From assembly GCA_017457305.1 (NCBI GenBank), contig JAFTHP010000028.1:10064-74063 (forward strand): a stretch of 64,000 nucleotides of DNA. Reading direction: 5' to 3'. This document shows positions 47,136 through 58,948 of the stretch, piece by piece; the first letter of the stretch is position 1, and each line of letters starts with the position of its first letter. Below the pieces are notes generated by a model. That model did no database searches. It was not told where the DNA came from and was given only the letters and a program-made list of their open reading frames with translations. This DNA is from Clostridia bacterium (lineage in GTDB: Bacteria; Bacillota; Clostridia; Christensenellales; CAG-314). The position numbers and the translations under genes are program-made.

Positions 47136-49565
47136 TTATAAAATAATATTTACAAGTCTTCCTGGAATTACAATAACCTTCTTGGGGGTTGCTCCTGCAA
47201 GAAGTTCTACCACCTTGCTGTCGGCAAGCACCAATGCTTCTAGTTGCTTTGGAGAAAGGGTTACGTCAACTGTGATACGTGTCTTGGGGCGGCTGTTAAA
47301 TTGAACAAGCATTTCAGCTTCGGCAACCTTTGTTGCACTTTCGTCATAAACAGGGAAAGACTCAACAATGATGCTACCGCTGTGTCCAGTTTGTTGCCAC
47401 AATTCTTCGGCAAAGTGTGGAGCAAGAGGGCAAAGCATCTTCAACAAATCGTCCACTGTGTCGCGGTAGAGTTTGCTGTTCTTTGCTGGTTGCGCTTCGT
47501 ACTTGGACAATGCGTTTACAAGTTCCATCATACGAGCTACCGCTGTGTTGAAGGAGAATTGTGGGTAATCGGCATCCACAGCCTTGATTGTGCAATGTCT
47601 TACACGATTGAGTTCCTTTTCCGCAGCACCAAATTGCTCTGTTGTTGGATAATCTGCATAAGCTGCAAGTACGTATCTTTCGGCACGGTCCAACCACTTG
47701 TTGATAGCCTTGATGCCGTCTTCTGACCATGGGCCACCTTCGGTGTACTTAAAGCCAAATGCCATGTATACACGGAAAACGTCTGCGCCAAATTCGTTTA
47801 CATATTCGTCTGGGCTGATAACGTTGCCGTGAGATTTGCTCATACGATTTCCATCTGGTCCCAAAATGATACCTTGGTGAACAAGGGACTTAAATGGTTC
47901 GTCAAAGTGTAGATATCCCATATCGCGAAGTGCCTTGGTGATGAAGCGCGCGTACAACAAGTGCATGCAAGCGTGTTCTGCACCACCAACGTACTTGTCT
48001 ACTGGGAGCATCTTGTCGATCCACTCGGTGTTGAAAGGTTCGCTGTTGTTGTGAGCATCTGGATAACGAAGGTAGTACCAGCTGCTGCAAACAAACGTAT
48101 CCAACGTGTCGGCATCGCGAGTTGCTTGAGCACCGCACTTGGGACAAACAACGTCATGAACAAACTTTTGGTGTTTAGCAAGTGGGCTGGTTCCATCTGG
48201 ACGGAATTCAACGTCGTAAGGAAGTTTTACTGGAAGGTTTTCATCCAATACTTCGCCACAATGTGGGCAGTGAATTACAGGGATTGGAGCACCCCAGTAT
48301 CTTTGACGAGAAACAAGCCAGTCACGCAAACGATAGTTTGTTTTTAGTTCGCCCTTGCCCATTGTTGCAAGTTCTTCTACCACAGCAACACGACCTTGTT
48401 CGCTTGTTAGACCATCGAACTTGCCGCTGTTGCACATTACGCCGTAGTCGCAGAAAGGCAGGCTGTCGTCAACGTCGGCAGTTGCGCCCTTGATAACACG
48501 GTTGATACCCAAGTTGTGCTTTTGTGCAAACTTGTAGTCGCGTGCGTCGTGTGATGGTACACCCATAACGGCACCAGTACCATATCCTGCAAGAACGTAA
48601 TCGCCAATCCAAATTTCCACCTTGTCGCCATTGATTGGGTTGATTGCGTACGCACCTGTGAACACGCCTGTCTTTTCCTTTGCGGTAGACAAACGTTCAA
48701 TTTCGTTGGTCTTGGCAACTTCGGCACAGTAATCTTCTACCGCTTGACGGTGTTCGTCTGTTGTGATCTTTGCAACCAATTCGTGTTCGGGAGCAAGAAC
48801 AACGTAGGTGCAACCGAACAACGTGTCGGCACGTGTTGTAAATACCTTGAAACTGCCTGTTCCGTCAGCCAAATCAGATACGATTTCGCCACCAACGGAT
48901 TTGCCAATCCAGTTGCGTTGCATTGCCTTGGTTTTTTCTGGCCAATCTAGGTTGTCTAGTTCGGAAAGAAGTTCTTCGGCATAGGCGGTAATCTTGAAGA
49001 ACCATTGTGTAAGGTCCTTTTTGATAACTTGACTATCACAACGTTCGCAATGGCCATCTACTACTTGTTCGTTAGCAAGAACGGTGTTGCAACTTGGACA
49101 CCAGTTTACGGGTGCCTTTTTGCGGTATGCCAATCCGTGCTTGTAAAGTTGACAAAATAGCCATTGTGTCCACTTGTAGTAATCGGGCATACAAGTTTTG
49201 ATTTCGTGATTCCAATCGAACATAGCACCAATGTTTTTGAGTTGCTGTTCCATAACTTCAATGTTGTGGATGGTGCTATCTTGTGGGTGAACGCCCGTCT
49301 TGATGGCGTAGTTTTCCGCTGGCAAGCCAAATGCGTCAAAGCCCATTGGTTGGAAGACGTTTTTGCCTTTCATAATTTGATAGCGAGCAAAGCTATCTGT
49401 CAAAGCATAGTTGTACCAGTGTCCCAAGTGAAGTTTTGCACCACTTGGATAGCTGAACATTTCCAAAACGTAGTATTTGTTATCTGTGTTGGTTGGATCA
49501 AATTGGTAAACGGGTTGTTCTGCCCACAATTTGTTCCATTTTTGTTCTACTGCAATTTTGTCCAT
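47136..49565 (-). CDS. leuS: Leucine--tRNA ligase
   Basis: MFSYPSG..HLGH, editing domain FTTRADT, SRQRYWG, RMSKS; true start MDKIAVE at 49565. Confidence 0.97.
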   Translation of the reverse strand: MDKIAVEQKWNKLWAEQPVYQFDPTNTDNKYYVLEMFSYPSGAKLHLGHWYNYALTDSFARYQIMKGKNVFQPMGFDAFGLPAENYAIKTGVHPQDSTIHNIEVMEQQLKNIGAMFDWNHEIKTCMPDYYKWTQWLFCQLYKHGLAYRKKAPVNWCPSCNTVLANEQVVDGHCERCDSQVIKKDLTQWFFKITAYAEELLSELDNLDWPEKTKAMQRNWIGKSVGGEIVSDLADGTGSFKVFTTRADTLFGCTYVVLAPEHELVAKITTDEHRQAVEDYCAEVAKTNEIERLSTAKEKTGVFTGAYAINPINGDKVEIWIGDYVLAGYGTGAVMGVPSHDARDYKFAQKHNLGINRVIKGATADVDDSLPFCDYGVMCNSGKFDGLTSEQGRVAVVEELATMGKGELKTNYRLRDWLVSRQRYWGAPIPVIHCPHCGEVLDENLPVKLPYDVEFRPDGTSPLAKHQKFVHDVVCPKCGAQATRDADTLDTFVCSSWYYLRYPDAHNNSEPFNTEWIDKMLPVDKYVGGAEHACMHLLYARFITKALRDMGYLHFDEPFKSLVHQGIILGPDGNRMSKSHGNVISPDEYVNEFGADVFRVYMAFGFKYTEGGPWSEDGIKAINKWLDRAERYVLAAYADYPTTEQFGAAEKELNRVRHCTIKAVDADYPQFSFNTAVARMMELVNALSKYEAQPAKNSKLYRDTVDDLLKMLCPLAPHFAEELWQQTGHSGSIIVESFPVYDESATKVAEAEMLVQFNSRPKTRITVDVTLSPKQLEALVLADSKVVELLAGATPKKVIVIPGRLVNIIL

Positions 49566-49693
49566 AGTAGACCCCTTATTATTTATAATAATAAGATTGT
49601 ATTCCAACAGGCAAAAGTTGTCAAGCAAAGCAAAATAGAAAACAGCGAAAGGAATATCCCTTCCGCTGTTTTTTTGTTGATATAAATAAGTTG

Positions 49694-50710
49694 TTATCTT
49701 TGTCCCTTGTCGTATGGAATACCTTCCGCCTTGGGTGCGCGTGACTTTTTGGAAGTGAACGCCAACACAATTAGTGTTACAAGGTAAGGAAGTAGGTTGT
49801 ACAAGTCGCTGGAGAAGAATGCTACATTTTGGCTGAGTTCCTTGAGAAGGTAAATTCCGTCCCCGTTGATATCGATGGATGCGTAAGCCGCTGCAAGGCA
49901 CTTGAGCAAACCAAACACAAAGGATACAATTGCAATGTTCAATGGCTTCCAGTTACCAAAAATCATGATGGCAAGAGCAAGGAAACCAAATCCTGCAACG
50001 GCACCAGTTGCGCTACCACCGTCGATGGTAAGAGCGTATGTGTAGCCGCCGATACCTGCAAGTGCGCCGGAGATTGTTGTGCCGATATATCTCATCTTGT
50101 AAACGTTGATACCAACACTATCTGCCGCTTGTGGGTGTTCACCGCAGGAACGAAGTCTAAGACCAAACTTTGTGCGGTACAAAATGATGGACAAAACAAC
50201 AAATATTGCAACGCAAATAAAGGTTGTGATGTAGGTTCTATCAAAGAAGATGGCAAGCAAATCGTGGAAGAAACCTTCCCCTTGTGGCATCTTGATGATA
50301 CACCAGCTTGCAGCGTCAATCTTTAGTTGAATCTTGTTTTGGTTGAAGAATACGTTTGCAACGAACAATACAATAGCAGGAGCAATAAGGTTCAATGCTG
50401 TACCTGTAATTGTTTGGTCTGCCTTCCACTTGATGGAAGCATAGCTTAGTAGTAACGAGAATGCTGCACCAATGCCAGCGGCAAGGATAAATCCAATAAT
50501 GATGGAAAGTTGTGCACCAAATGAACCTGGCAAGAACATTCCGCTTTCTTGCAAAACGCGAACAATAGCTGCGCAAATAAATGCGCCCATAATCATGATA
50601 CCTTCGAGAGCAAGGTTGATGATACCGCTACGCTCTGCAAATACACCTGCAAGAGCAACAATAAGCATTGGCACCATGTAACGGATGGTTTGTTGAAGTA
50701 GAAATACCAT
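49694..50710 (-). CDS. Nucleoside-type ABC transporter permease 2
   Basis: [31 protein letters not shown]. Confidence 0.9.
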   Translation of the reverse strand: MVFLLQQTIRYMVPMLIVALAGVFAERSGIINLALEGIMIMGAFICAAIVRVLQESGMFLPGSFGAQLSIIIGFILAAGIGAAFSLLLSYASIKWKADQTITGTALNLIAPAIVLFVANVFFNQNKIQLKIDAASWCIIKMPQGEGFFHDLLAIFFDRTYITTFICVAIFVVLSIILYRTKFGLRLRSCGEHPQAADSVGINVYKMRYIGTTISGALAGIGGYTYALTIDGGSATGAVAGFGFLALAIMIFGNWKPLNIAIVSFVFGLLKCLAAAYASIDINGDGIYLLKELSQNVAFFSSDLYNLLPYLVTLIVLAFTSKKSRAPKAEGIPYDKGQR

Positions 50711-50712
50711 AG

Positions 50713-52077
50713 TTATTCACCTGCCTCCTGCTCTGTATTTTGTTGAGGTTCAACCTCGGTTATTGCTGGAGCAACTGTTTCGGCTGTTGCTGGGGCAACT
50801 TCTTGCGCCTTCTTTTTTGCAAAGATTTTACCAGAAAGGATATCCTTGAACAACAAAGAGAAAGCACTTAGGTAAATGATGATTGCTACAATCAAGTCGC
50901 TAATGTACTTGTTGTACGCTGTTGCACCACGAATTTGTTCGCCAGCAATGTTGATGTATGCCATGAACATAGATGCAAAGATTGTTCCAATAGGATTGTT
51001 GTATGCCAACAATGCAACAGGGATACCGTTGAAGCCTTCTGCTGGAAGGGACATATTGTTTGTCCAAGCGTATTCGGTGTGACCACTCAAGAAATACAAT
51101 GATGCACCAGCTGCGGCAAGTGCGCCTGCAATACCCATAGAAAGGATAATGCTCCGAGTGTCGTTCATGCCTGCGTACTTAGCAGAGTGTCTGTTGCTAC
51201 CGCAAGCACGAAGTTCATAACCAAATACTGTGCGGTTAATTACAATGTACAAAACAATTGCAACTATAATGGCAATTAGGATACCGCCGCTAACTTGGCT
51301 ACCTGGGAACAACTTGTCCATACCAAACGTTGGGGTAACTACGCCGTTTGTGCTTGTTTTTAGGATGAATCCTGATTTTGTGTTGTCTACAAAGTTAACA
51401 AATTGTGCACCAGCTGCGCCCTTGTTGTTGTCCGCCTGGAAGAACCAGTGAACCAAGTTGATGGAAATCCAGTTGGTCATAATACAAGTGATAACTTCGT
51501 TTACGTTCAAAAATGCTTTGAACAAACCAGGGATGCAACCCCAAAGGAATCCTGCCGCCATACCAGCTAGCAATGCTAGTAGCCAAACAAAGAAGGGGTT
51601 AACAACTGTTGTATCCATGGAAAGTGCAACTACCAACGTTGCCCACGTGCCCATTAGGTATTGACCAGAAGCACCAATGTTGAACAAACCTGTTTTAAAA
51701 GCAATTGCTACCGACAAACCCGTCATAAGAAGAGGCATTGCACGGAAAAGCATATCGCCAAATAGTTGTGGGTTAAAGCCAAAGGAAAGTGCGCCCGTGT
51801 CGGTACGACCTGTGTAAAAGATACCGCCAATGAGGATGCGGAACGCTTCGATAGCTGACTTAAATGTTATTGCTGGTGAGAAAATAGCAAATAACAACAA
51901 AAATACAAAACCAATAACTACACCCGACAAGATAGCAAGCAAAGATGATGATGCGTTGCGTGTGCCTTGCTTATTCCAAAAAGTTTTGAGTTTTGGCTCA
52001 ACTTCTGGACTGGGAGCAACTACAAGCGACTTGAACCATCTGCCAATTTTTGCAAAAAATTCTTTTACTTTGCTCAT
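50713..52077 (-). CDS. Nucleoside-type ABC transporter permease 1
   Basis: GLFNIGASGQ, NEVITCIM, GYELRACG, GFNGIPVALL. Confidence 0.9.
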   Translation of the reverse strand: MSKVKEFFAKIGRWFKSLVVAPSPEVEPKLKTFWNKQGTRNASSSLLAILSGVVIGFVFLLLFAIFSPAITFKSAIEAFRILIGGIFYTGRTDTGALSFGFNPQLFGDMLFRAMPLLMTGLSVAIAFKTGLFNIGASGQYLMGTWATLVVALSMDTTVVNPFFVWLLALLAGMAAGFLWGCIPGLFKAFLNVNEVITCIMTNWISINLVHWFFQADNNKGAAGAQFVNFVDNTKSGFILKTSTNGVVTPTFGMDKLFPGSQVSGGILIAIIVAIVLYIVINRTVFGYELRACGSNRHSAKYAGMNDTRSIILSMGIAGALAAAGASLYFLSGHTEYAWTNNMSLPAEGFNGIPVALLAYNNPIGTIFASMFMAYINIAGEQIRGATAYNKYISDLIVAIIIYLSAFSLLFKDILSGKIFAKKKAQEVAPATAETVAPAITEVEPQQNTEQEAGE

Positions 52078-53636
52078 TACGCATCCACCTCCTCAGCAGT
52101 TTGTTGTTTGTTTTGACGCTTTGCGCCAGACATATACAAGCCAAGTTCTTGTACGGTAACTTGTTTTGGATCAAATTCGCCCACGATTTCCCCTTCGGTC
52201 ATAACAAGAATTCTGTCCGAAAGGTTCATAACTTCGTCTAGTTCCAAGGAAACAAGCAAGATTGCGGCACCTTCGTCACGACGCTTTACGATTTGTTTGT
52301 GGATGTACTCGATAGCGCCTACGTCCAAGCCACGAGTGGGTTGAACTGCTACAAGCAACTTGTGGTCACGATCCATTTCTCTAGCGACGATAGCCTTTTG
52401 TTGGTTACCACCAGACATGCTGCGAGTGATTGTTACAGAACCTTGACTGCTACGAACGTCAAAACGTTCAATTAGTTCGTCGGAGTACTTGCGTACTTCT
52501 TCAAAACGGATGAACCCTGCCTTTTGGAAACGTGGTTCAAAGTAACGTTGGATAGCCATGTTTTGATCCAGCGTGTAGTCCAAAACAAGACCATGCTTGT
52601 GTCTATCTTCTGGGATGTGGCTCATGCCGTGTGTGTTGCGGAAGCGGATGGACTTGTTTGTGATATCGTTGCCACAAAGCACAATTCGGCTACCGCTTTC
52701 GGCTCTTTCTAGACCGGTGATGCCGTAAACCAATTCCGTTTGTCCGTTGCCGTCGATACCAGCAATACAAACAATTTCGCCAGCACGAACGTCAAAGGAA
52801 ACGTTGTTAACAGCGTTCTTTTTGTTGCGCTTGTTGCGGATGGACAGGTTGTTTACAGACAAAACAACTTCGCCTGGATTAGCAGGGGCCTTTTCTACTG
52901 TAAGATTTACGCTGTGACCAACCATCATTTCAGAAAGTTCCTGTGGATTTGTGTCGCAAGTGTTAACAGTACCAATGTACTTGCCCTTGCGCAAAACGGT
53001 TACTCTGTCGGAAACTTCCATAATTTCGTTTAGCTTGTGTGTGATGAACAAAATGGATTTGCCTTCGGCTGCAAGTCCCTTCATAATGGACATAAGCTCG
53101 GTAATTTCCTGTGGTGTCAACACGGCTGTTGGTTCGTCAAAAATGAGGATTTCGTTGTCGCGATACAACATTTTGAGGATTTCCGTTCTTTGTTGCATAC
53201 CAACGGTGATATTTTCTACCAACGCATCTGGATCAACGTTTAGACCGTATTTTTGAGAAAGTTCCAAAACCTTGGCTCTAGCTTCCTTCTTTTGAATAAA
53301 CCCGTGTTTTGTTGTTTCAGCACCAAGGATGATGTTATCCAAAACGCTAAATACTTCTACAAGTTTGAAGTGTTGATGCACCATTCCAATGCCCAATGCG
53401 TTTGCGTCATTAGGATCTTTGATGGTAACTTCTTGGCCGTTCTTTTTGATTACTCCCTTTTCTGCTCGATAAAGACCGAAAAGTACGCTCATGAGTGTTG
53501 ATTTGCCCGCGCCGTTTTCCCCTAGCAAGGCGTGGATTTCCCCCTTTCGTAGTTGCAAAGTAACGTTGTCGTTTGCAATTAGTCCAGGAAACTCTTTTGT
53601 GATGTTCAACATCTCAATAATGTAATTATTGTCCAT
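52077..53636 (-). CDS. Nucleoside-type ABC transporter ATP-binding protein (two ABC domains)
   Basis: GENGAGKST, DEPTAVLTPQE, MSGGNQQK, QPTRGLDVGA. Confidence 0.93.
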   Translation of the reverse strand: MDNNYIIEMLNITKEFPGLIANDNVTLQLRKGEIHALLGENGAGKSTLMSVLFGLYRAEKGVIKKNGQEVTIKDPNDANALGIGMVHQHFKLVEVFSVLDNIILGAETTKHGFIQKKEARAKVLELSQKYGLNVDPDALVENITVGMQQRTEILKMLYRDNEILIFDEPTAVLTPQEITELMSIMKGLAAEGKSILFITHKLNEIMEVSDRVTVLRKGKYIGTVNTCDTNPQELSEMMVGHSVNLTVEKAPANPGEVVLSVNNLSIRNKRNKKNAVNNVSFDVRAGEIVCIAGIDGNGQTELVYGITGLERAESGSRIVLCGNDITNKSIRFRNTHGMSHIPEDRHKHGLVLDYTLDQNMAIQRYFEPRFQKAGFIRFEEVRKYSDELIERFDVRSSQGSVTITRSMSGGNQQKAIVAREMDRDHKLLVAVQPTRGLDVGAIEYIHKQIVKRRDEGAAILLVSLELDEVMNLSDRILVMTEGEIVGEFDPKQVTVQELGLYMSGAKRQNKQQTAEEVDA

Positions 53637-53829
53637 CGGATTTGTCCCTTCCTTGTGCATATTTATAGCAGCAATGTGCTACATAGATAAAATAATTATA
53701 CCCCATAAATCAAACTTTTGCAATTAAACACAAATATAAATATATATCGATATTATGTATGATTGTTGCGTTGTTGTAAATTTTGCCTATACAAGGGCTA
53801 ATTTTTGAATCCACTATCCCGCAAACAGC

Positions 53830-54110
53830 AAAATCAACCAGACGTTGCGAGATAGCCGGGCTATTGAGCAATAGATGGTTGGTTAGTTGCAAGCGATTTT
53901 GGCGGATGCAATACGAGCAAGCGCGATTTTGTTGCGAAGGCGCATACCTAGACGGTCTGTAACTGAGCAAAAAACCGATGATTGCGCCAGCATAGCTGGA
54001 CCACTAGTGGCATTATCAAGCAATAAACTAGATATAGTAAATCGCTGGATAACACGAACTAGAAAACACGCCACGTGTGCAAAAAATCAACCAGACGTTG
54101 CGAGATAGCC
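53830..54110. repeat. Non-coding insert bracketed by perfect 28-bp direct repeats
   Basis: AAAATCAACCAGACGTTGCGAGATAGCC at 53830-53857 and 54083-54110. Confidence 0.85.
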
Positions 54111-54165
54111 CAACAACAAAAAAAGGCAACGCGTGTGCGTTGCCTTAGATGTGTTTGTTCAACTA

Positions 54166-55275
54166 TTAAATGTCGTAGCTGAAGTTGATGTTGTCAAGAA
54201 GAGCTGCTTTTGCTGCAATTGTGAGCCAGTTTGCATCGTTGTCGATTTCAACTTCGCCAGCCTTGATTTTGCCAAGAAGTTCTTCGTAATCTTTTACGGA
54301 GAAGTTCTTCATGCTCCATGTAGCTGTTGGAAGACCTACAGCGTTGTCTTTTGCACCAAGGTTGATTTGCTTGTTAGCAAGGTCAGAAGCCCATTTTCCA
54401 GCGTAGAAAGCATCAAGAGCGTAGATAACGGATTCTTTAAGTCCCTTCATAGCGGAAGTAACAACTGTTTGGGATTGAGAAGATTGGTCAACGTCAACGC
54501 CGATAACCTTCTTGTCTGCTTCTGCAGCTGCTGCTGCAACGCTTGTGAACATGGAACCACCGCAAGCAAATACAATTTCTGTACCAGATTGATACCAACC
54601 TGCGATTTGTGTTTGAAGTTCAGAAGAAGCACCGAAGCTTGAGCCGTAAAGGTGAGAAACCTTAACGTCTACTTTCTTACCAAGTTTAGCTGCTGCTGCA
54701 TTGATACCTTGGATGTAACCAAAAGCGTATCTGTTGCAAGCTGCGTTTGTTGCGCCGCCACCGAATGTGCCGCCGAGCTTTGTGTAACCTTCCATAACTG
54801 CTGCGTAACCTGCAAGGTAACCACATTGTTCTTCTTGGAAAGCAATACCAACAAGGTTGTCAAGTCCCATTGTCCAACCGTCGATGAATACGAATTTAAC
54901 TTCTGGGTTAGCTGGAACTACTTCTGCAAGAGCGTTACCAAATGCAAAACCTGGGCAAACAATAACTTTTGCGCCGTTGCCAATAGCAAGGTTGAATGCG
55001 TCAACGCGGTCTTTGTCTGTTGCATTTCCGCCGTTAGCTGGTTGGTAGTACTTGTAAGATTTACCATTTTCGTAAGCGTATGTCTTTACGCCTTCCCAAG
55101 TACCTTCGTTGAAAGAACCGTCCTTAAGATCGCCGATATCGGTAATCATAGCAATTTCGTATTTGCCATCTTCGGAAGTCATTTCGTCAGGAATAGTGTT
55201 TGAGCATGCTGCCAAAACTGCAAATGCACTAAACATCATTACTACTGCAAGAACAATACCAAATAGTTTTTTCAT
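54166..55275 (-). CDS. BMP family nucleoside-binding lipoprotein
   Basis: LAAC lipobox, DGSFNE, FQEEQCGYLAG, IGVDVDQ, TSAMK. Confidence 0.92.
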   Translation of the reverse strand: MKKLFGIVLAVVMMFSAFAVLAACSNTIPDEMTSEDGKYEIAMITDIGDLKDGSFNEGTWEGVKTYAYENGKSYKYYQPANGGNATDKDRVDAFNLAIGNGAKVIVCPGFAFGNALAEVVPANPEVKFVFIDGWTMGLDNLVGIAFQEEQCGYLAGYAAVMEGYTKLGGTFGGGATNAACNRYAFGYIQGINAAAAKLGKKVDVKVSHLYGSSFGASSELQTQIAGWYQSGTEIVFACGGSMFTSVAAAAAEADKKVIGVDVDQSSQSQTVVTSAMKGLKESVIYALDAFYAGKWASDLANKQINLGAKDNAVGLPTATWSMKNFSVKDYEELLGKIKAGEVEIDNDANWLTIAAKAALLDNINFSYDI

Positions 55276-55584
55276 GTTTTTCTCTCCTATTTTTTTTCTT
55301 GGGTTTCCCCTCCATATTTTGGCACATCTTGTGTGCTTGATATAATTGTAGTTGAGTTTTGGCAAAAAGTCAAACGAACAACACAAGGGAATTTGCATTT
55401 TTCTCCTTCAATTATTTTTATCGAAAATGCTCAAGAATAAAAAATATCAATATCTTGTGTTTTGTGCCGTTCTTTACAGTTAACTGTTAACAGCTTTTAA
55501 GTGGTATTATTTTTAAGTCGGTATTGACTTTCCTTTTTAATTGTGTTACCATTTGTCCACCAATATTTTTTAAGAGGTGAAATT

Positions 55585-57786
55585 ATGAGCAAAAAAATAT
55601 TTAGTATCATTTTGGCTCTTATCCTTGTTCTTTCGTTGGTGTCCTGCAAGCCCGACGAACCACACGTTTGCACCAGTGCGTGCACCATTTGCTGGCGTTG
55701 CACCAATCTAGAGTGTGAAGATCCTGGTTGCGCAGATAAATGCCCAGGTCACGCCCCAGTTCACAGTTGCGAAAGCAAATGTGCAACTTGCAACAAATGC
55801 ACCGATACGTCCTGCACCGAAAGCGTTTGTGCAGACAAGTGCCAAGGTCATGCGCCTGCGCACACCTGCCAAAACGTTTGCGATACCTGCGGTAAGTGCA
55901 CAAACACAAACTGTACCGAAACAGCTTGTTCAGATAAATGTCAAGGTCACGTTCCACCACACAGTTGCCAAAACGTATGCGACGAGTGCGGAAAATGCAC
56001 CAATACCGCTTGCGCTGAAGCTGTTTGTGCAAACAAATGTCAAGGTCACGAACGCACACCAGTTATCTTCCTAGCGGGCGACTCCACGGTAAAAACATAC
56101 GAAGACGGTCAATTTATTGCTGGTTGGGGACAATTTTTGTCCTACTTCCTTGGCGAAGACGTAGTTGTTAAGAACACTTCCAATGGTGGAAGAAGCTCTC
56201 GTTCCTTCATCAACGAAGGCAGATTGTTTGATATTGCTGGTTCTTCCTACACCTTCTCCGAAAATGGCGGCAACTCCATTGCTTATGACATTCAAGCAGG
56301 CGACTACTTGTTTATCCAATTTGGCCACAATGATGACGACACCAAGATGTCTTCCTCCTACAAAACCGTCTACGACAGAATGACTCCGCTAGGAGAACCC
56401 GATGCAAACGGAATCTACCCCACGACTCCAGGCGAAAAGATGCCAACAACCTATCTTCCCGAAGAATTCCTTAACAACGTAAGCGATGCTGAAAAATCCA
56501 AAGCAGAAGAAACCCTTGCAAAGTATGGTAGCACCTACTACGCTTACGGAAGCGGTACTTTTAAGTGGTATCTAAAGCAATACATCGACTTTGCAAGAAG
56601 CGTTGGCGCAATTCCTGTTCTTGTAACTCCTGTTGCAAGAGTAAAATTTAGCGGTAGCGAAATTATTGGCGGAGCTGGACTTCACGGCGAAAACTTTGCC
56701 TACGTAGAAGCTGTTCGTCAACTTGCTCAAGAAGAAAGTTGCTTGCTAATCGACTTGTTTGCCGACAGCAAACAAATGCTAGAAACAGCAACACCAACTT
56801 ATGCAAACTTCTTGATGGCTCTAAAACCAAACGACCTAACTGGCGCTTGGCCATCTGCCTACGACACAGCATACGGCAATGCAGATGCTGGCTACACTGA
56901 CATTGAAGGAACACACTACAACAAATATGGTGCATATCTTCAAGCAGCAGCTGTTGCCCAAGCAATTATTGCAAATGCAAGCGACTACACCTTTGCAGAT
57001 AAGGTTTTAACTACACCAACCAACTTTGTTGATCCATCCAACCTTATGAGCAAAAGCACAGCCGCCGCAATTGAAGCGCTGTTTACTACAGTCAACGTTA
57101 CCAATCCAAATAGAACTTATCCTTTGCCTGGCCCAGTAGTTGAGCTTATCAACACACTTCCAGCCCTAGAAGATATTACCAACGAAAACTACGTTGCTGT
57201 AGGCAAAAAATGTGCAGAAATCCGCGTGGCATACAATGCTCTCAACGCAGACGATCGCCAAGCAGTTACAAACTACTCCGCACTGGAAGCTGCCGAAGCA
57301 AAAGTAAAGGAATTGGAACTTGCTAACAGACCTACTCCAATAAAGGTTGTTGTTTTCAATGCTGACGCGCTGTCACAAGATACTTACGACTCCACTGTTG
57401 TAGAAGGCGAATTTACGTTGGTTGCCACATCCGACAAGACTATGGAAAAACAAGCCGGAGCAGTTACCTATACCTACAACGGAGTAACCTACGAGCAGGA
57501 ATGTCGACTCAAGATTGGCGGCAAAGCAAGCTTTGGCAAAAACAGATACGTATCCTTTACGGTTGACGGTCCTTGCACAATTACCATTGTGGCTCAATCT
57601 TCTAATGCTGCTCAAGTAAGAACAGTTGCTATGGTTGATGCATCCACCGCTACTGTTGGCACCTTCGAAGCTGGCGGGTCTGTTACTATAACCACCGTTG
57701 AAATCGATACTGCCGGCACCTACTCAGTAGGTAGCACCGGCAGCGGAATTTACATTTACTCCATCATTATTGAATACTTCGAATAA
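55585..57786 (+). CDS. Lipoprotein SGNH carbohydrate esterase (rhamnogalacturonan acetylesterase-like) with Cys/His repeats and a C-terminal CBM-like domain
   Basis: LVSC lipobox, GDST, GWG, GGRSSRSF, QFGHND, EGTH. Confidence 0.82.
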   Translation: MSKKIFSIILALILVLSLVSCKPDEPHVCTSACTICWRCTNLECEDPGCADKCPGHAPVHSCESKCATCNKCTDTSCTESVCADKCQGHAPAHTCQNVCDTCGKCTNTNCTETACSDKCQGHVPPHSCQNVCDECGKCTNTACAEAVCANKCQGHERTPVIFLAGDSTVKTYEDGQFIAGWGQFLSYFLGEDVVVKNTSNGGRSSRSFINEGRLFDIAGSSYTFSENGGNSIAYDIQAGDYLFIQFGHNDDDTKMSSSYKTVYDRMTPLGEPDANGIYPTTPGEKMPTTYLPEEFLNNVSDAEKSKAEETLAKYGSTYYAYGSGTFKWYLKQYIDFARSVGAIPVLVTPVARVKFSGSEIIGGAGLHGENFAYVEAVRQLAQEESCLLIDLFADSKQMLETATPTYANFLMALKPNDLTGAWPSAYDTAYGNADAGYTDIEGTHYNKYGAYLQAAAVAQAIIANASDYTFADKVLTTPTNFVDPSNLMSKSTAAAIEALFTTVNVTNPNRTYPLPGPVVELINTLPALEDITNENYVAVGKKCAEIRVAYNALNADDRQAVTNYSALEAAEAKVKELELANRPTPIKVVVFNADALSQDTYDSTVVEGEFTLVATSDKTMEKQAGAVTYTYNGVTYEQECRLKIGGKASFGKNRYVSFTVDGPCTITIVAQSSNAAQVRTVAMVDASTATVGTFEAGGSVTITTVEIDTAGTYSVGSTGSGIYIYSIIIEYFE
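55663..56049 (+). repeat. Four ~33-aa Cys/His-rich coding tandem repeats
   Basis: H-x-C-x3-C-x2-C-x2-C-x4-C-x4-C-x3-C-x-G-H, four times. Confidence 0.9.
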
Positions 57787-57914
57787 TCATCACAAACAAA
57801 ACAAAGGACTGCAGTTTTTACTGCGGTCCTTTTTTTGACACCCTAACAGTAAAAAGCTATTGAAAGGTATGTTTGCATGTGATATAATTGCAAAAAAGCC
57901 AAAGGGGATAGGAT

Positions 57915-58853
57915 ATGTCCAAATACAAGATAAACAGGGAGTTTTTCCCTTTTTCCCACTTTACACCACCCATCAGCGAAAAATTTCTTGCACTGGCAGT
58001 ACCACACATGAAAACGCCAAAATACATCTACAAGGATAAAGCGTTAGACGTGACCAGATACGAGATTAAAAGCTTTGATAATGCACAAATAGAATGCTTT
58101 GTTATGTCGCCAAAGGGTATACAAAACAATGCGCCTTGTCTAATTTATCTTCACGGTGGCGGATTTGTGCTTGCGGCAGCAGGTTACCACTACAAAAATG
58201 CTATGCGCTACGCAAAGGAAGTTAACTGCAAGGTTGTGTTTGTAAACTACCGACTTGCACCAAAACACAAGCACCCTGTGTTTTTTGAAGACTGCTATGC
58301 TGCAATGTGTTGGACCTACGAAAACGCTCAAGCGTTGGGCATTGATACTTCGCTAATCGGCATTGGCGGTGACAGTGCTGGCTCCACGTTGGCAGTAGGT
58401 GTTTGCTTGATGGCTAGGGATAGGTTGCACCCTATCAAATTTGCCTTTCAAATGCTACCATACCCATTTTTGGACGCACGCAACAACAGCGAATCTTGCA
58501 AAAGATTTACCGATACCCCAATGTGGAACTCAACCTTGTCCTGCCGCATTGCTCCAATGACACAGGTGGACAGGCAAAACCCCAACTACGTTTACTATTC
58601 CCCTGTAGAAGCAGAAAGCTTTGACCATCTTCCCCCTGCATACATTGAAACCGCCGAGTTTGATTGCTTGCATGACGACGGAATTTTGTATGCTCAAAAA
58701 CTGCAAAGTGCTGGTATAGCGGTTGTTTTGAAGGAAACCAAGGGCACAATGCACGGCTTTGATATAGTTCAAAAAGCCAAAACCACCAAAGCCGCCCTTC
58801 AACAAAGAATAGCATTTATGCAACAATGCTTTGACAAAATACAAAACAAATAG
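57915..58853 (+). CDS. Alpha/beta hydrolase (HSL-family esterase)
   Basis: HGGG, YRLAP, GDSAG, DCLHD, HGF. Confidence 0.92.
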   Translation: MSKYKINREFFPFSHFTPPISEKFLALAVPHMKTPKYIYKDKALDVTRYEIKSFDNAQIECFVMSPKGIQNNAPCLIYLHGGGFVLAAAGYHYKNAMRYAKEVNCKVVFVNYRLAPKHKHPVFFEDCYAAMCWTYENAQALGIDTSLIGIGGDSAGSTLAVGVCLMARDRLHPIKFAFQMLPYPFLDARNNSESCKRFTDTPMWNSTLSCRIAPMTQVDRQNPNYVYYSPVEAESFDHLPPAYIETAEFDCLHDDGILYAQKLQSAGIAVVLKETKGTMHGFDIVQKAKTTKAALQQRIAFMQQCFDKIQNK

Positions 58854-58948
58854 ATTGTCCATTGCACCACCGTGCGCAGTGTTGACAAAATAAACATGGC
58901 GACTACCTAGTAGCCGCCATTTTTGCTAAAAATCAATATTCTGTTGAG

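Noticed and set aside
47136-49901. Apparent 112-aa N-terminal extension of LeuS in the ORF track
   Set aside because: It overlaps the upstream permease and its terminator; the conserved LeuS start with an RBS is at 49565
55663-56049. Multiheme cytochrome or ferredoxin reading of the Cys repeats
   Set aside because: No CxxCH motifs, and spacing after CxxCxxC is x4 without the CxxxCP ferredoxin signature
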